DNA of 64,000 nt, from assembly GCF_018350175.1 (NCBI RefSeq), contig NC_058368.1, positions 51,957,815 through 52,021,814 on the forward strand, given 5' to 3'. A program made the position numbers and the translations under genes. The DNA is from Felis catus (Eukaryota). Position 1 is the first letter of the stretch. Every line of letters starts with the position of its first letter. The notes below the pieces were generated by a model that saw only the letters and a program-made list of their open reading frames with translations, was not told the DNA's origin and ran no database searches. Shown piece by piece: positions 13,198 through 26,713 of this stretch.

Positions 13198-13930
13198 ACA
13201 CGCAGGTCATTGCACTCCAAACCCCGTAGTTAGCTAGCACTTGTTATGTCTGACACTGAGCCATACGTGGTGAAGGATACAAAGACGGTCATTCTGGTCC
13301 CTGCCTTCTAGGATGATGTGGTCTGTCAGAGACTGTTACACACGTACGTATCTTTCATGGTAAGTTGCATTGTGCTCATCAATGAAGAGTTAATGAAACT
13401 CCACCACCTTCACCATCAATGAAGGTGGAGGGAAAAAGTAAATTCCACTCTAGAGAATCTATAAAATTTCCTTGGAAGACATGAGATTTGACTGGGCCCT
13501 TCTGGGTGAAGGGTGGCTTTAGCAGGCAGGTGGGAAAGCTATAGAAAGAAGGGTTTTCCGGTGCTTCTTAATGAGAGTTTAATAATGCTTCCGTTAATGA
13601 CCAATGTTGAGTCCATGATGGTAGAATCTTTGAGGAACAAAAAGACTCCCAAGGAAGGATCTCTATGCATGACAATGTTGGCTTCCTTGAGGAGACTGAT
13701 AGTGAGTTAGGAGTCTGGATTAGGCAAACCTTTCTTGGTATCTATCCATCGTCCCTCTGAATGACCCTCTTCTCATTTTTGCTGTTGTTCTTCCTTTGAT
13801 TCCTAAATGATATTTGCTTCTAGTGGTTGGTTCTTGCCTGAGTATTATTTGATAATTAAACTGTCACCTAAAAAGAACATGACCTTTCCTGCCCCGCCCC
13901 GCCTCCACCCAGGACAGACTGGCAATTTTA

Positions 13931-13959
13931 TTTTTTATTGTTTTTAATGTTTATTTATT

Positions 13960-13993
<34 letters not shown>

Positions 13994-14148
13994 GGGAAGG
14001 GGCAGAGAGAGAGAGACACAGAATCTGAAGCAGGCTGCAGGCTCTGAGCTGTCAGCACAGAGCCTGACATGACTCGAACTCACGGACCGCGAGATCATGA
14101 CCTGAGCTGAAGTCGGACACTTAACCGACTAAGCCACCCAGGAGTCTC
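13931..14148 (-). mobile_element. Can-SINE
   Basis: Perfect 16-bp TSD cagactggcaatttta 13915-13930/14149-14164. Confidence 0.95.
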
Positions 14149-14350
14149 CAGACTGGCAATTTTAGAGGGGAAACAGGAGGGGAAGTAGAAACTTAGGAAA
14201 AAACCTGTTTGTTGAGCACCTACCACGTGCTAGGCCTTGTGAAAATCAGTTTTGTGTGTGTGTGAACTTATTTGATTGTTGCAGTAACTCCATTCATTCT
14301 TCTAGTTTATCCTTCCCACTGTGGAAGAGAGGTGCTTGCTGATGCTATAG

Positions 14351-14529
14351 CAATGGTTCTCAACCTTGGCTGCACATTAGGATCGCCTGGGGGTGGAAGG
14401 AACTTTAAAAATCTCTGCCCACACCACTCTTGGCACAATGGAATCACAATCTGGTTGGGAGACAGGTACTGGTAATTTTTTTTTAATGCTCCGCAGGTGA
14501 TACCACTGTGCAGCCCAGGTTGCCACTGA
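14351..14529. mobile_element. MER5-like hAT-Charlie MITE
   Basis: caatggttctcaaccttggctgcacattaggatcgcctggg ... caggtgataccactgtgcagcccaggttgccactg. Confidence 0.75.
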
Positions 14530-14703
14530 CCTCAAGGAAGATCTCGTATCCCTGCTATACCTGCTTCACAGAGGAGTGAGAGCAAACTCATCAGCTTGAT
14601 TTAAATGGTATTTTTTTATAAACTCTAACCTTCACATTTTAATGTGAGAGAAAAGGAATTCATAAAATTACCTTAACTTAGAAATTTTAGAAGGGTTGCA
14701 TTT

Positions 14704-15016
14704 CGAGGCACCTGGATGGCTCAGTCAGTTGAGCATCCGACTGACTTTGGCTCAGGTCATGATCTCAGTTTGTGAGTTCGAGCTCCACATCAGGCCTGCT
14801 GCTGTTAGCCTATCAGAGAAGAGCCTGCTTCAGATCTTGTCTCCCTCTCTCTGCCCCTCCCCTGCTTACTCTCTCTCAAAAATAAATATTAAAAAATAAT
14901 AATAATTTAAAAAGTAAAACAAATTAAAATAAAATAAAAATAAAAATAAAATAATAAAATAAAATTAAAATAAAATAAAATAAAATAAAATAAAATAAAA
15001 TAAAATAAAATAAAAT
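14704..15016 (+). mobile_element. Can-SINE with expanded (TAAAA)n tail
   Basis: TSD gaagggttgcatt 14690-14702/15017-15029; pentamer tail ~14925-15016. Confidence 0.95.
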
Positions 15017-15087
15017 GAAGGGTTGCATTCCAAAGTTCTGTGCAGATGAATTGCTAGGTTCCTGTCAAAATAGATATATATGTGCTG

Positions 15088-17295
15088 AGGATGAACCTGT
15101 TATTGGACATTTGGACTGTTTCCAGTATTTTTGGCTCTTAAGAATAAAGCTGCAGAGAACATTTGTATACAAGTCTTCCTGTAGACATGCGGTTTCATTT
15201 CTCTTGGGTAAATACCTAAGAATAGAATAGCATTTAATATAGTGGAAATATCTTTAGCCGTATAAGAAATTGGTTGCCAAAGTGGCTGTGCAATGTTGCA
15301 TTCCCATCGGCAATGCATGAGAGTTCCAGTGGCTTCACATTCTTTCAAGTAGTTGGTATAATCAAGGCTTTTAATTTTACCCATTCTAATGGCTATGCAG
15401 TGCTATCTCATTGTGATTTCAACTTGCTTTTCTCTGATGACTAATGGTGTTGAGCATCTTCTCATATTAATATTGACAACTCACATATCTTCTTTGGTGA
15501 AAAGTCTCTTAACTATTTTTAAATTAGGTTAATTGTCTTCTTCTTATTGAGTTGGCATTCCTTCTCAGTGGGATTTCTGTGAAAGAATGAAACACTGACG
15601 CCCAAAGGCATCTATTGTATGTAACACATTAACTACTCTCCAAAGATTCTACAATGGAGCAAGTGATACTCAATCCTGGGGAGAATATCTTGGGAGAATA
15701 GAGCAACTAGTCACACAAATACATTTCTGTCCTCTGTGTTTCAGATGAAAAATCATGTTAAAACTCATTTTCACATATATGTAATGCATAATATTTTCTC
15801 CCAGTTGGTGTTTTGTCTTTTCATTGTTTTCTTGGACTCTCTCAGAGAGATATTTTGAATTTTGATGAGGCCTAATTTATCATTTTTAATGGTTCATGGT
15901 TTATTTTTTGCCATTTCTTAGAAATCTTGCCTACCTCAAATTTAAAAATATTATTTTCACCTATGTTTTCCTCTAGAAGTTATATAATTTTGGCTTTACA
16001 CACAGGTTTATTGATTGCTTTGAGTTTAAGACCAAAGTGTTTTCTTTTTTCATGTGACTATCCAGTCATTTCAATACCATTTGTTAGAAGAGTCTGTCTT
16101 TCCCTATTGAGTTACTTTGTTATCTCTTTTAAAAGTTGTTGACTTTATATGGATAGGTCTCTTTGTGAACTTCCTTTTCTGTTCGATTGATACAAATTTC
16201 TATCCTTATGCTAATGCCATAGTTGTCATGACTACTGGACCTTGAGAGTGCATTTTGAAGTCAGGCACTGTACGCAATCTAAGTTGGTTCTTTTCTTTAA
16301 TAATTGTTTGACTAGTGAGAATGGACTTTAGAATCACCTTGTCAGTGCCTAAAAAATAAACTAGTGGGATTTTTATTGCACCAAATCTATAGCTCATTTT
16401 GGGGAGGATTGACATTTAACAATATTGAATGTACCGATCGATGTACATGGTAGCCTTTCCATTTATTTAGGTCCTCCTTAACTTGTTTCAGCAAATTGTG
16501 CTTTGTAATATTCACTGAGAAAATTTTATGCATATTTTAAAAATTTATCTTAAGCAGTTTGTGCTTTGTAAAGCTATTATAAGTGGTATTTCTTAAAAAG
16601 TTATCTTCCAAATGTTTATTGTTTTCTAAAGTGGCCGTCCAATGTCATAGTCTATATATGTAGACACATCATCGATTTTTGTATGTTGACCTTCATTCTA
16701 CATCTTTCCTAACTTATTAGTTCTTGTAGCTTTTTGTTATTGTTGTACATTCTATCTGTAGTTTTTACTACATAAAATAGTCATGTTTATGGAAAGTAAA
16801 CAATTTTATTTCTTCCTTTTCATTGAATTTGTTTTCTTGTCTCATTTCTTTGGCTACAACTTGTGGAATGGGAGAAAAAGAGAGCAGAATCTTTGCCTTG
16901 TTCCTCATCTTCAGAGGAAAAAATTCAGGGTTATTTAAAATGACATTAAGTATAAGGTTTTTATAAATGACCTTTATCATGTTGAAGAATTTTTTCATTT
17001 TTTTTAATGTTTATATATTTTTGAGAGAGAGAGAGAGAGAGAAAGAATGGGAGATGGGCAGAAAGAGAGGAAGACACAGAATCTGAAGCAGGCTCCAGGC
17101 TCCGAGCTGCAGCACAGAGCCCAATGAAGGGCTAGAACTCACAAGCCATGAGATCATGACCTGAGTTGAAGTCAGATACTTAACCAACTGAGCCACCCAG
17201 GCACCCTGAAGAATTTTTTTACTCCTAGTTTGATGAAAGGTTTTTTTTTTTTAACCATTAGTGGATGTTGAACCTTATCAAATTAATTTTCTCTG
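15088..17295 (-). mobile_element. Ancient L1M ORF2 relic
   Basis: Minus ORFs give L1 ORF2-like peptides (ECEATGTLMHCRWECN; MSILPKMSYRFGAI); contains a SINE and a non-L1 insert. Confidence 0.85.
16996..17206 (-). mobile_element. Can-SINE
   Basis: TSD tgaagaatttttt 16983-16995/17207-17219. Confidence 0.95.
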
Positions 17296-17548
17296 CAACT
17301 TTTAAATGACACTTTTAAATGCCCATCTTCACTCTTAAAAAAAATCTCATGGAAAAACAAAACAAAAACTTGTCACCTAGTGTTAGTGTGGCTCATCTCC
17401 ATATAGTTTTTATACCCCTATATTCAGAATAAAAACAGGAAAATCAACTTTTATTCAAACTTTTTAAAATGCTAGATTCTATCTTTTAAAATTATCATGA
17501 AACATAAAAGGATGTCTATCAGATGATTCACAGATATTTGTAGACACC

Positions 17549-18012
17549 TGTAGTAGGTTGAAAGATGCCTCACCCCCTCCCTGATGACAAAAAAAAATGT
17601 CCCCTCAGAACCTGTGGATTTGATGCCATTTGGGGGTATTTTCAGAGGTAATTAAGGATCTCCAGATGAGGTCATCTTGGATTTGAATGAGCCCCAACTG
17701 CAATATCAAGTTTCTCATAAGAGAAGAGAGAGGGAGAAGCCTTAGAGGGCAAGGTGATGTGAAGGCAGAGTCAGAGACTGAAGTGATGCCTCTACAAGTC
17801 AAGGAGTACCTGGGGTTGCTGGCAGCAGCCAGAAAGCTAGGAGAAAGGAGTGTGCAGTGGATTCTCCCTCAGAGCATCTAGAAGAAGCCAGCACTGCTGA
17901 CAACTTGCTTTTGGGTTTCTGACCTATGAAAGTGTGAGAGAATAAATGCCTGGTTTTGTTGAGCCACTCAGTTTGTGATAATTTGTTACAGCAGCCCTAG
18001 GAAACTAATACA
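17549..18012 (+). mobile_element. MaLR solo LTR (MLT1B/C-like)
   Basis: TG...CA ends, AATAAA at 17941, terminal ttgttacagcagccctaggaaactaataca; 5-bp TSD acacc/gcacc. Confidence 0.85.
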
Positions 18013-18574
18013 GCACCTCTTACATACCAGACATTTTTTAAGACATCGAAGCTACAATTATGACCAGCAAATGGATATTACCCTGTTTTTGCTTCTCTGC
18101 AGAACTAATGATTTTATTTTTCTCTCTTTCATTTAAAAAAATATTTTGAAATTCTATGTCTTCTCTTGGAAAATTTTACTGTGGTGATATTTTAGATAAT
18201 CAAAATTTGAATCATCACGATATTGTTTTATCTTAGAAATGAATCTAATGTTTATGTAAAACTCCCTCCTTAATTTATCAGCCTGTGTGCTTTGATCTAT
18301 ATCAATAGTCATTGCAAGAGAAAGAAAAAAACGGACTTAGCCTATCAATATCACTCTGACAAGGAGAAATAAGACCAGCTTTTGAGCTACAACTACTTCT
18401 AATAGTAGTCCTTAAGTTAATAATACCCGACCATAGATTTCACCAACTCCTGGGTGAATGTAGATTTCACAGTCATGGGGGAAAAAGACACAGATGTTTG
18501 CCTTATTTGTTCTGTTTAAGAGAAAAAGTATTTTCACTTTTTTCAGATTTAAACATTCGTGCTTCCCCAAAGTA

Positions 18575-20149
18575 ATTAACAGAACGTGTTGATGGCATTA
18601 GGATGAAAAGCAAAGGACTAATGGAACTGGATATAGGGTTCAGAAATAGACATACTTACATATGGCCACCTGGTCACAAAGGTGACCCTGCCATATATGG
18701 GTAAAGAATGATCTTTTCAGTAAACGTTTCAGGATGAACCTGATATCCACATGGAAAAAGTGAAGCTTGACCCTACCTCACACCTACACAAAAATCAATG
18801 TCTTCATCAAAGTCTAAATATGATATGAAAAAATAACAACGCTTTTAGAAGAAAACATAGGACTACATCTTTATGACCTTGGAGCAGGTGCAAATATCTT
18901 AAACAGAGACAGAAACCAAAGGAACAAAAACAAAACTTTCAAGCATAAAGGGGAAACTGATTAGATTAGATTAAAATTAACTTCTGTTCATCATAAGATG
19001 CAACTAAGGAAGTGAAAAGGCAACCCATAGAATGGGAGAAAATACTTGCAATCATACATTAAGAACCCTTACAAATTAATAATAAGTATAAAAGCCAATA
19101 AAAAAAAATGGACAAAATACTAGAACGGATATGTCACAAAAGAAAATATCCAACTGTTTGCCTGTGAAACAAACAGTGCTTAGTTTTATTATTCATTAGA
19201 AAAATGCAAATAAAAACCATAATGTGATACAACTACACATTTATTGGAATGGCTAAAAGGAAAACAAAACCCCAAAAATCCAAAAACAAGGCACTAGTGA
19301 GGATGTAAAGCAACCAGAACGTTTGTTTGTCCGCTGCTGACTACACTGTCAATAGGAATGTTTTGGGAAAAATTTTGGCATATCAATATGCATATCCTAC
19401 GACCCAGGAATCCTACTCCTACATATATTCTCCCAAAGAAATGCAAATATATGTTCACAAAATGACATGTACAAATTGTTCCTAGCAGAATTATTTGCCT
19501 TGGCTCTGAACTGGAAATTTCCCCAGTTGCTCATCAATAATAAAGTATGTTAATGTAATATAATAGCATGCAGCAATGAGAATAAATATAGTACATCTAT
19601 ATGTAACACATACATGAATTTCAGAAACATAGCATTCATGGAAAGAAAACAGACACAAAGGAGTGAATACTCCTTTTCCACTTGTATAAAGTTTGAATTC
19701 GTTAAAGCTAATGTATGGTACTAAAAGTCATGGTAATGGTTATCCTTGAGGATGCCAGTAGAAACTGGGAGTGGACACAAGGGCGACTTACGGGTGTTCA
19801 TTACGTTCCATTTCTTGATCTGGGGGCTGATAAATGGGTGAGTTCACTTTGTAAAAATCATCAAACCGGACGCTTACGATGTGTGCCCTTTTTTTTTTTT
19901 AATTTTTTTAACGTTTTTTTAAATTTATTTTTGAGACAGAGCATGAACGGGGGAGGAGCAGAGAGAGAGGGAAACAGAATCGGAAGCAGGCTCCAGGCTC
20001 TGGGCCATCAGCCCAGAGCCCAATGCGGGGCTCAAACTCACGACCGTGAGATCGTGACCTGAGCTGAAGCCGGACGCTTAACCGACTGAGCCACCCAGGC
20101 GCCCCGATGTGTGCCCTTTTTAACGTACGTTATATTTGAATAAACGTGT

Positions 20150-20190
<41 letters not shown>
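18575..20190 (+). mobile_element. Ancient L1M 3' portion (ORF2 end plus 3' UTR) ending in poly(A)
   Basis: cttttagaagaaaacatagga; gtgaaaaggcaacccatagaatgggagaaaatacttgcaa; AATAAA then A36 at 20155-20190. Confidence 0.8.
19894..20105 (-). mobile_element. Can-SINE
   Basis: TSD gatgtgtgcccttttt 19878-19893/20106-20121. Confidence 0.95.
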
Positions 20191-20191
<1 letters not shown>

Positions 20192-22456
20192 CATAACCTT
20201 TGAAGTCTATAATGTTAGTTCTGAGTATATCTCTTGATGTTGCTTCTATTAGAATTGATAAAAGTGTTATATTCTTTGATGATGAACTGTATATGAAGAT
20301 AATTGGTGAGTTGAAATGCCCTTCAGACCAGAGGGTCTTAAATTTCCTTAGAACTCATCACAGTACCATGAAGAAGCCATCCACATAACGCTGCAGAGTT
20401 TTTAAAAAAGAACAATAGCTTTCACACAGTCTGATATTGATTGTAGTCCTGGTTTCAAATTATGCAAGCTAATTAATCATTCTGAAATTCAGATTTCTGA
20501 TATATACAATGTGGGTATGAATATCAGTTGTTATTGCTGTGGGGCCTAAATGAGATAATGTTTGCAAAGTATAAAGTGCACTTATTAAACATTTTTCTCC
20601 TCTAGATGGCATGGAATGTATAAAATCGAACAGCATATACTTTTTAGCCCTTATGAATATAGCCTCGGAAATATGAAATATATAGTTACTATAATGTTAA
20701 GCTAGAAGGTAATGAATTTCACAAGAGGAACATATAACGTCCTTTGTTCAGATAGAAGAAAGTGGTAGAGGATAGGGGACACTTAGCATTTATAGTCTAC
20801 CGTATGCCGGATACCTTACAACTTCATAAAATCTAAGGATAATAGAGGATGTTTTGAAAATTTAGTGGCTTTCAAGCAAAGCCATTAACGACGGCTTCAA
20901 ATAAGCAAAAAGAGTTATTTGGACATATAAAGATAGTGGGATATTCATTATAGGGAAGAAGGTAGTGTAAAGAAAGTCTTAAAAGCAGAAAGTCCAAGTG
21001 TATTTCAGAAATAAATGGTAAGTGAGTTAGGCTGGAATATTATGTGGATGAAAGAAAAGCAATAAAGAATAAAGTTGGAAAGGAAAGTAGAGGCCAGACT
21101 TTGACTACCATGTTAAGGAATTTCGTCTGTAGTTTATAGGAGGTGAGAAAACTTTAGAGATATTTGAGGAGATGAATTCAGTGTTCACAGCCGAGCCTCA
21201 CTGAGATTAATATACCAGCATTATAAAGTTAGATGATTGTATGCAAGCAGAGAATGTGATAGAGAATAGATTATCGCTTTTCTCTAGAAATATAGCAACA
21301 TAGACTTGAAGGAGAGTAATTAGTGAGACTATAGAAAAAACTGGATGGAGAACTTGTAGAATCTGAAATTTAGAAGTTAGTGGGTGTTCAGGGCATTTGT
21401 TTAGTTAGGCTTATCTGAGCCTGGAGCAACTTTGGTGGAAGAACCAATCAAGTGAGTCAGTTGCTGGATTAGGCAAAATCAGGTAGGGGTTGTATTTCCA
21501 TGAAGATACTGGAAACAAAGAATAGTCAGATGGCATGTATACATGATGCCCTCAGCTGAGCCAAAGTCAGTGCCAGAGAAGTGGGGCCTTAATTAATTAA
21601 TTAACTAGTTAATGTAAGACATTAATGGATGCAGCCCTGGTCATGGGATCTAGAAGGGATTATGAAGGAAACTTTTAGGTGGGAAGAACCAAACTTCTTC
21701 AGGACAAGGGAGTGAGCAAAGCACAGTGCACGGTGCTGACTCTTATTGGGTGCTCATGTAGGGTCAGGTTGGCTCTCAGAAGTGTTGGGCTCTAGATTTG
21801 GTGGATAGGGAGGAATCCAGCATGGCGATGTGACCATACATTCCTCAGACTACAGTATTATAAAGTCCATTATTAGAAAGGAGGAGAAATGTTCTTCTTT
21901 ATTAGAAAGAAGAACAGGTGTTTGGTTTGTAGTATGTGTGTGCACATTTGGTGGTGGGCTTAGGTGACACATGATATGGGAGCATTTAGATAGAGGAAAA
22001 AATTGTAAGTTTGTTTTTTGTATGTGTTGAGTTTGAAATGCTGATGGTTCACCCCATGGAGGTGTTTGGAAGCAGAGAAAGATATAAAATTCTTGTTCTG
22101 TGTTTCCCTTGGTCCCTGGAGTACGTTGACGTGTATCTTTCTCCAGGTCCTCGGTTGGTAATCATTCCATAGGAGTCTGAACTCCATGGTCAGCCATGAA
22201 CAGACTAGATTTGTCGATTGTTTTTGTTTCTGTGAGTCCTGATTAACACCTCCAAGTACTCTGCCCAAAGCTTGCAGCTGTTTTTTTCCCAGCCAGTACA
22301 GGCCAAGGCCATTTGGAATGGCTTGATGAATTTTCTATTTGAAAACTGGAGGGATTTATAACTTTCTTAGGAACTTATTGTGAAGTTTCTAACAATTTGG
22401 AGAAAACAACCTGGGAGACTCTATAGAGGGTTTGTTTGTTTCCTTTTCTTGGGTTT

Positions 22457-22944
22457 TGTTGATTCTTGCCCATCTTATCTGTACGCCCTTCCCACAACCT
22501 GTTCTCTTCTCTGCCCTGCTTTGTGCCCCAGAAGACTAAGGCCTGAGGACTGCTCCCTTCTGGATTCTGATCGGGTGCCGCCAATGGAAAACACTGGCAG
22601 GAGATGAAAGGATTGAAGGGGTATAATCGGGGTAGTTCATCTCCACTCCCTCCACTCTCTGGTAGCCTGTCTCTGGCAGGAGCTGAAATGCAGCTCTTGC
22701 CTGGCATATCCTCCTCTGTTGCCCACCCTTTATTGTGTTTGATAACAGTATTTCCTCTCTTTGCTTCTTTAACCAAAGTGATATTAATGACTTCCTTTTG
22801 TTGCTAAAACCTCAGTGCCTCAGTATCCCCTGTTGGTTCCCTTAACCCTGCCCTCACCTCTGTAATGACTTCCCTTATTCAATCTCTTCATTTGAAAAAT
22901 CAAAGGAGTGACTTCTGTTTCTTGCTGGGACCCTGGCCAGTACA
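22457..22944 (+). mobile_element. ERVL solo LTR (LTR33-like)
   Basis: ccctgctttgtgccccagaagact; ccaatggaaaacactggcaggagat; terminal tctgtttcttgctgggaccctggccagtaca. Confidence 0.7.
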
Positions 22945-23170
22945 GTTGTCCCCAGGACAGATGGATACCGCTCCCAGTACACCTTTATCTCCAAATGAGA
23001 TCTCACAGCCCATAGGAGTCCAGGATTTGAACAAAAGACCACTTCCTGCCACAAGGGGTTCTAAAATTTGATATTTTGGTATAGGTCATATAGCATAGTA
23101 CCCAGATTTACTATTTTATTTCTTACTTGTAGCAAGGTGAGAGTACCCTTAAGAATTACATTGTGTCCAA

Positions 23171-23385
23171 AATAATATAAAAACAGGGAGGGGGACAAAA
23201 CAGAAGAGTCTCATAAATATGGAGAACAAACTGAGGGTTACTGGAGGGGTTATGGGAGGGGGGATGGGCTAAATGGGTAAGGGGAATCAAGGAATCTACC
23301 CCTGAAATCATTATTGCACTATATGCTAACTAATTTGGATGTAAATTTTAAAAAATAAAAAATAAAATAAAATTGAAATTAAAAA
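23171..23385 (+). mobile_element. Heavily 5'-truncated L1_Fc-type 3' UTR insertion
   Basis: Matches 48747-48950; 20-bp TSD aagaattacattgtgtccaa 23151-23170 / aagaacgacattgtgtccaa 23386-23405. Confidence 0.95.
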
Positions 23386-26300
23386 AAGAACGACATTGTG
23401 TCCAAGATAAAAGTTAATTACATTATTTGACAATATAATCACTCTACAAACATCAGATAGGATGATTACAAATCTGAAAGATCTTTTCAGTGACATATTT
23501 TTAATGAGCCAGACTTGAAAAAATTATTTACAGATTTACTTTTAATGATGTGCTGACACTTTGTTTGAACTGAAGTCTTGGATTTGCAACCAGGCATAGA
23601 CTTACCCAATATTTTTCCATAATGGTTATTGCAAACAAGTTTTCATCTTATTTAATCTAATAACAAGTTTCCTCCATAGAATTAAAGACAGGAGCCTAAT
23701 TGAATGAATGCCTAGGTTGGGACTTTACCCAAACAAGACATAACTCAATGCATTAACCAGTCAAGAATTATAAGTATGGCATATGAGAGCTAAGCCTTCA
23801 CTTTTCTGCTATTAAAAATATGTTGTTATATATTTCGAGCTGTATAGAAGACTTTAAAAAGTTGTTTTTTAATGAGGGTGAAAAGGTTTGTACTTAATTA
23901 CCATACAGGCTATAGGTACTGATTAGCTCAGTTCAACGAATATTCAGTAAACATCTGAAAATGATTAAGAATCAATTCCTTTACAAAAGTTTAATGGTAA
24001 TATATAAAAGAGACTGGAAGTAGGAAAACTTGCTGGCACCCTTAAAAGAATCGGGATAGTGTAGAATGAAAATAGCAGATTGAGGGGTCATCAGTAAATA
24101 CTTGGTGGTGTGAAACTGTGTATTCATTTCCACTGCGGGAATAACATGAGGTAAAAACCTCTGTTGTTTCAGCTCCTCTCTGATCCCTTGGCTGGAATTT
24201 CTCATATCTGAGGCACCTTGTTTCTCTGTCCCAATACATCTTCTGGGTGAAGTAGGGCTGATGGGGCTCATCCTGAGGGACAGACGGGACAGATAATCCA
24301 ACTGAAACATCAGTCAATAGGGGTTGGGCAGGGGTAAGACGTCTAGACACCTGGCCGCAGGATAACGCTGGGGTACCTTACTGGATCAAGAGTTCAGTAC
24401 TGAGGATAGCAAATTCTCATTACGACTGGTGTGCGCAACTTTCTGTGTTTACTCTGCCCCTATCGTTCCACAGTAAATTTCTTGAGGTCAGGAATTATGT
24501 TTTCACTTTAATACCCCCCAGCACCTCATAAGGAGCTCCATGCTTATATTTTTCATAACTGACTTATAATGAAGCCAAGGTTACACTATAGACGTTAATG
24601 CTGACATGAATAAACGGAATTCATTTTTCTCTTTTTGAGCATAAATCATCTTCCATTTTATGTAATCGAGGAGGACAGTACTTGTGGGATGAGGTTTTAG
24701 GTCGATTATTTAGGATCCCTTCTTGTTCTAGGGTTCCAGAACTATGTGGCAATTAGTATAGATAGCCCCATCACGCTGATTGCGAAAGGAACGGATGACT
24801 TTGATTTAAGGGATGTAAGTGGAGCAGACTGATGCTGGATACTGAATCCAGGTCTAGAAGGCATTATTTCTCTAGAAGTCTCTTGAATAGGTTACAAATG
24901 TTGTGTCGGGTGAGACTGGTCTTTCACATGGGCACAAGAGGTAAAAAGTAAAGTCTTCTTTCCAGTATTCATGTGACTGTTACCGATATTCAGGGCTCAC
25001 AGCAAAAAGCAGGCTGTAGAGTTGATGAGAGGGCTGGTTGAAAAGCCCCATTAGAGGTGAACAGGGTCCTCTCCCTGTTACTCATTTGCACTGCTGGTAG
25101 AGTTAATGTTTTGAGTCTGAAGGACACTATGACTGTTATCAGTTTTATTGGACAAGTGAATATAAAGGTAATTAAAGAGACCATGCCTAATAACCCAACT
25201 CTTACAATTTAAAAGTAAGAAAGAGGCCTGATAGGGTACCAGGGATATACCTATCATCCTAATTAAGTGCTAACAAGACAGTTGTCCTCACTTTGGTAAC
25301 TTCAGTGTATTCCCTCTGTTAACTGTCTCCATCCGGTAGACTCATCTACAATTCTTAATTCTTCTCCACGGTTACCCTTCTTCATTCTCCTCACGAGCAA
25401 TGTTTCTATAGGCTTCTGTGTTTAGCAGGTGGTGTCCCCAAAGCGCTCACCCCAAATTGCCCATCCAGTTTATTCATTCACCACCTTTTCACACCTTCCC
25501 CTCGAAGTTCAGATTTGGCCGAATTGCCATGCAGTTTGAACTTGTCATCCCTCCCAGCATTTCTACTTTATGAAGCAAGCACATCTCATAAATGAAAACA
25601 AGAGGAGATGTGTGGCTAGCTCACTCTTTTTTTATTTGAATTTAAAAATCGCTTTGTCAGCCTGCATTGCTTCAGGGAGGTAGGTGGAGATAGATCAAAT
25701 ATTGAAATGAATCAGGTGAGGATGGACAAATGAATATGCATAATCAAGTGGCAATTTTCTAAATCAGAGGAGCATCTTGCTCGGGCTATATTCAAACTCC
25801 TCCACATTCTGGTTAATTGTGCCTAAAGACAGGAAGTGCTGTTTTTAGAAATAGACAGCAATGGTTTCTGATTGTTTGTCTTACGCAAAGACAAACAAAG
25901 AAAAAACTGTTGTTGAAGAATTACCTGAAACCTCCCAATTTTATTTGAGAGTTTGTTCAGCTTCCTTTTAATTATAAGACGTTTTAATTCTGGGAATAGA
26001 CCTGTGTTGATATTTAGATTCAGATATTTAGAAACATAGATTAAGAAGGTGACTCCCACACAGACTGATAGATCTATTGGTATTTGCTGAATGTTAACTC
26101 TTAAGAGGAAATGTATAGACACAGACCCAGGTGTAGTTTCATGGACCTGATAGCTTAAATTGAAGAGTCAGTGGTGAAATTATGATGCTTTAGTCCTGGT
26201 CATAATTTACAAAGGGTACTTTTATAGGCATAATAAACTACTATTGTGCGCAACAATGCATGCCGTTTCTTAAGGTTTAGATCGCACAAGGATCTTTCTA

Positions 26301-26484
26301 CTCTCTTTGTAAAGCCATCTGTCACTGTTCCACTTACGGAGAGAAAGCATTTGAAGAAAAATGTTACTTTCATAAGTGTTTTAACTAGTAAAACATTGAA
26401 TTCATGCTAAAAACGTCACTTTCATTTTGGAATGAAGCTCTCCTTTGCATGAATAGTTTTGATCCCTCTTAATTATTTCCTTTT

Positions 26485-26713
26485 TTTTTTTCAACGTTTT
26501 TATTTTTATTTTTGGGACAGAGAGGGACAGAGCATGAACGGGGGAGGGGCAGAGAGAGAGGGAGACACAGAATCGGAAGCAGGCTCCAGGCTCCGGGGCT
26601 CCGGGGCTCCGGGGCTCCGGGGCTCCGGGGCTCCGGGGCTCGAACTCACGGACCGCGAGATCATGACCTGACTGAAGTCGGACGCTTAACCGACTGTGCC
26701 ACCCAGGCGCCCC
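26485..26713 (-). mobile_element. Can-SINE with internal (CTCCGGGG)6 repeat
   Basis: SINE head and tail intact, flanked both sides by tcc plus T-run; repeat at 26591-26638. Confidence 0.95.

Noticed and set aside
13404..13428. 9-bp hairpin ccaccttca/tgaaggtgg
   Set aside because: Too short for a pre-miRNA and plausible by chance in 64 kb
21589..21612. (TTAA)n palindromic run
   Set aside because: Simple slippage repeat with no supporting context
25920..26010. Minus-strand exon candidate (cacag| ... CAG|GTAATT)
   Set aside because: Poor pyrimidine tract and unrecognisable peptide
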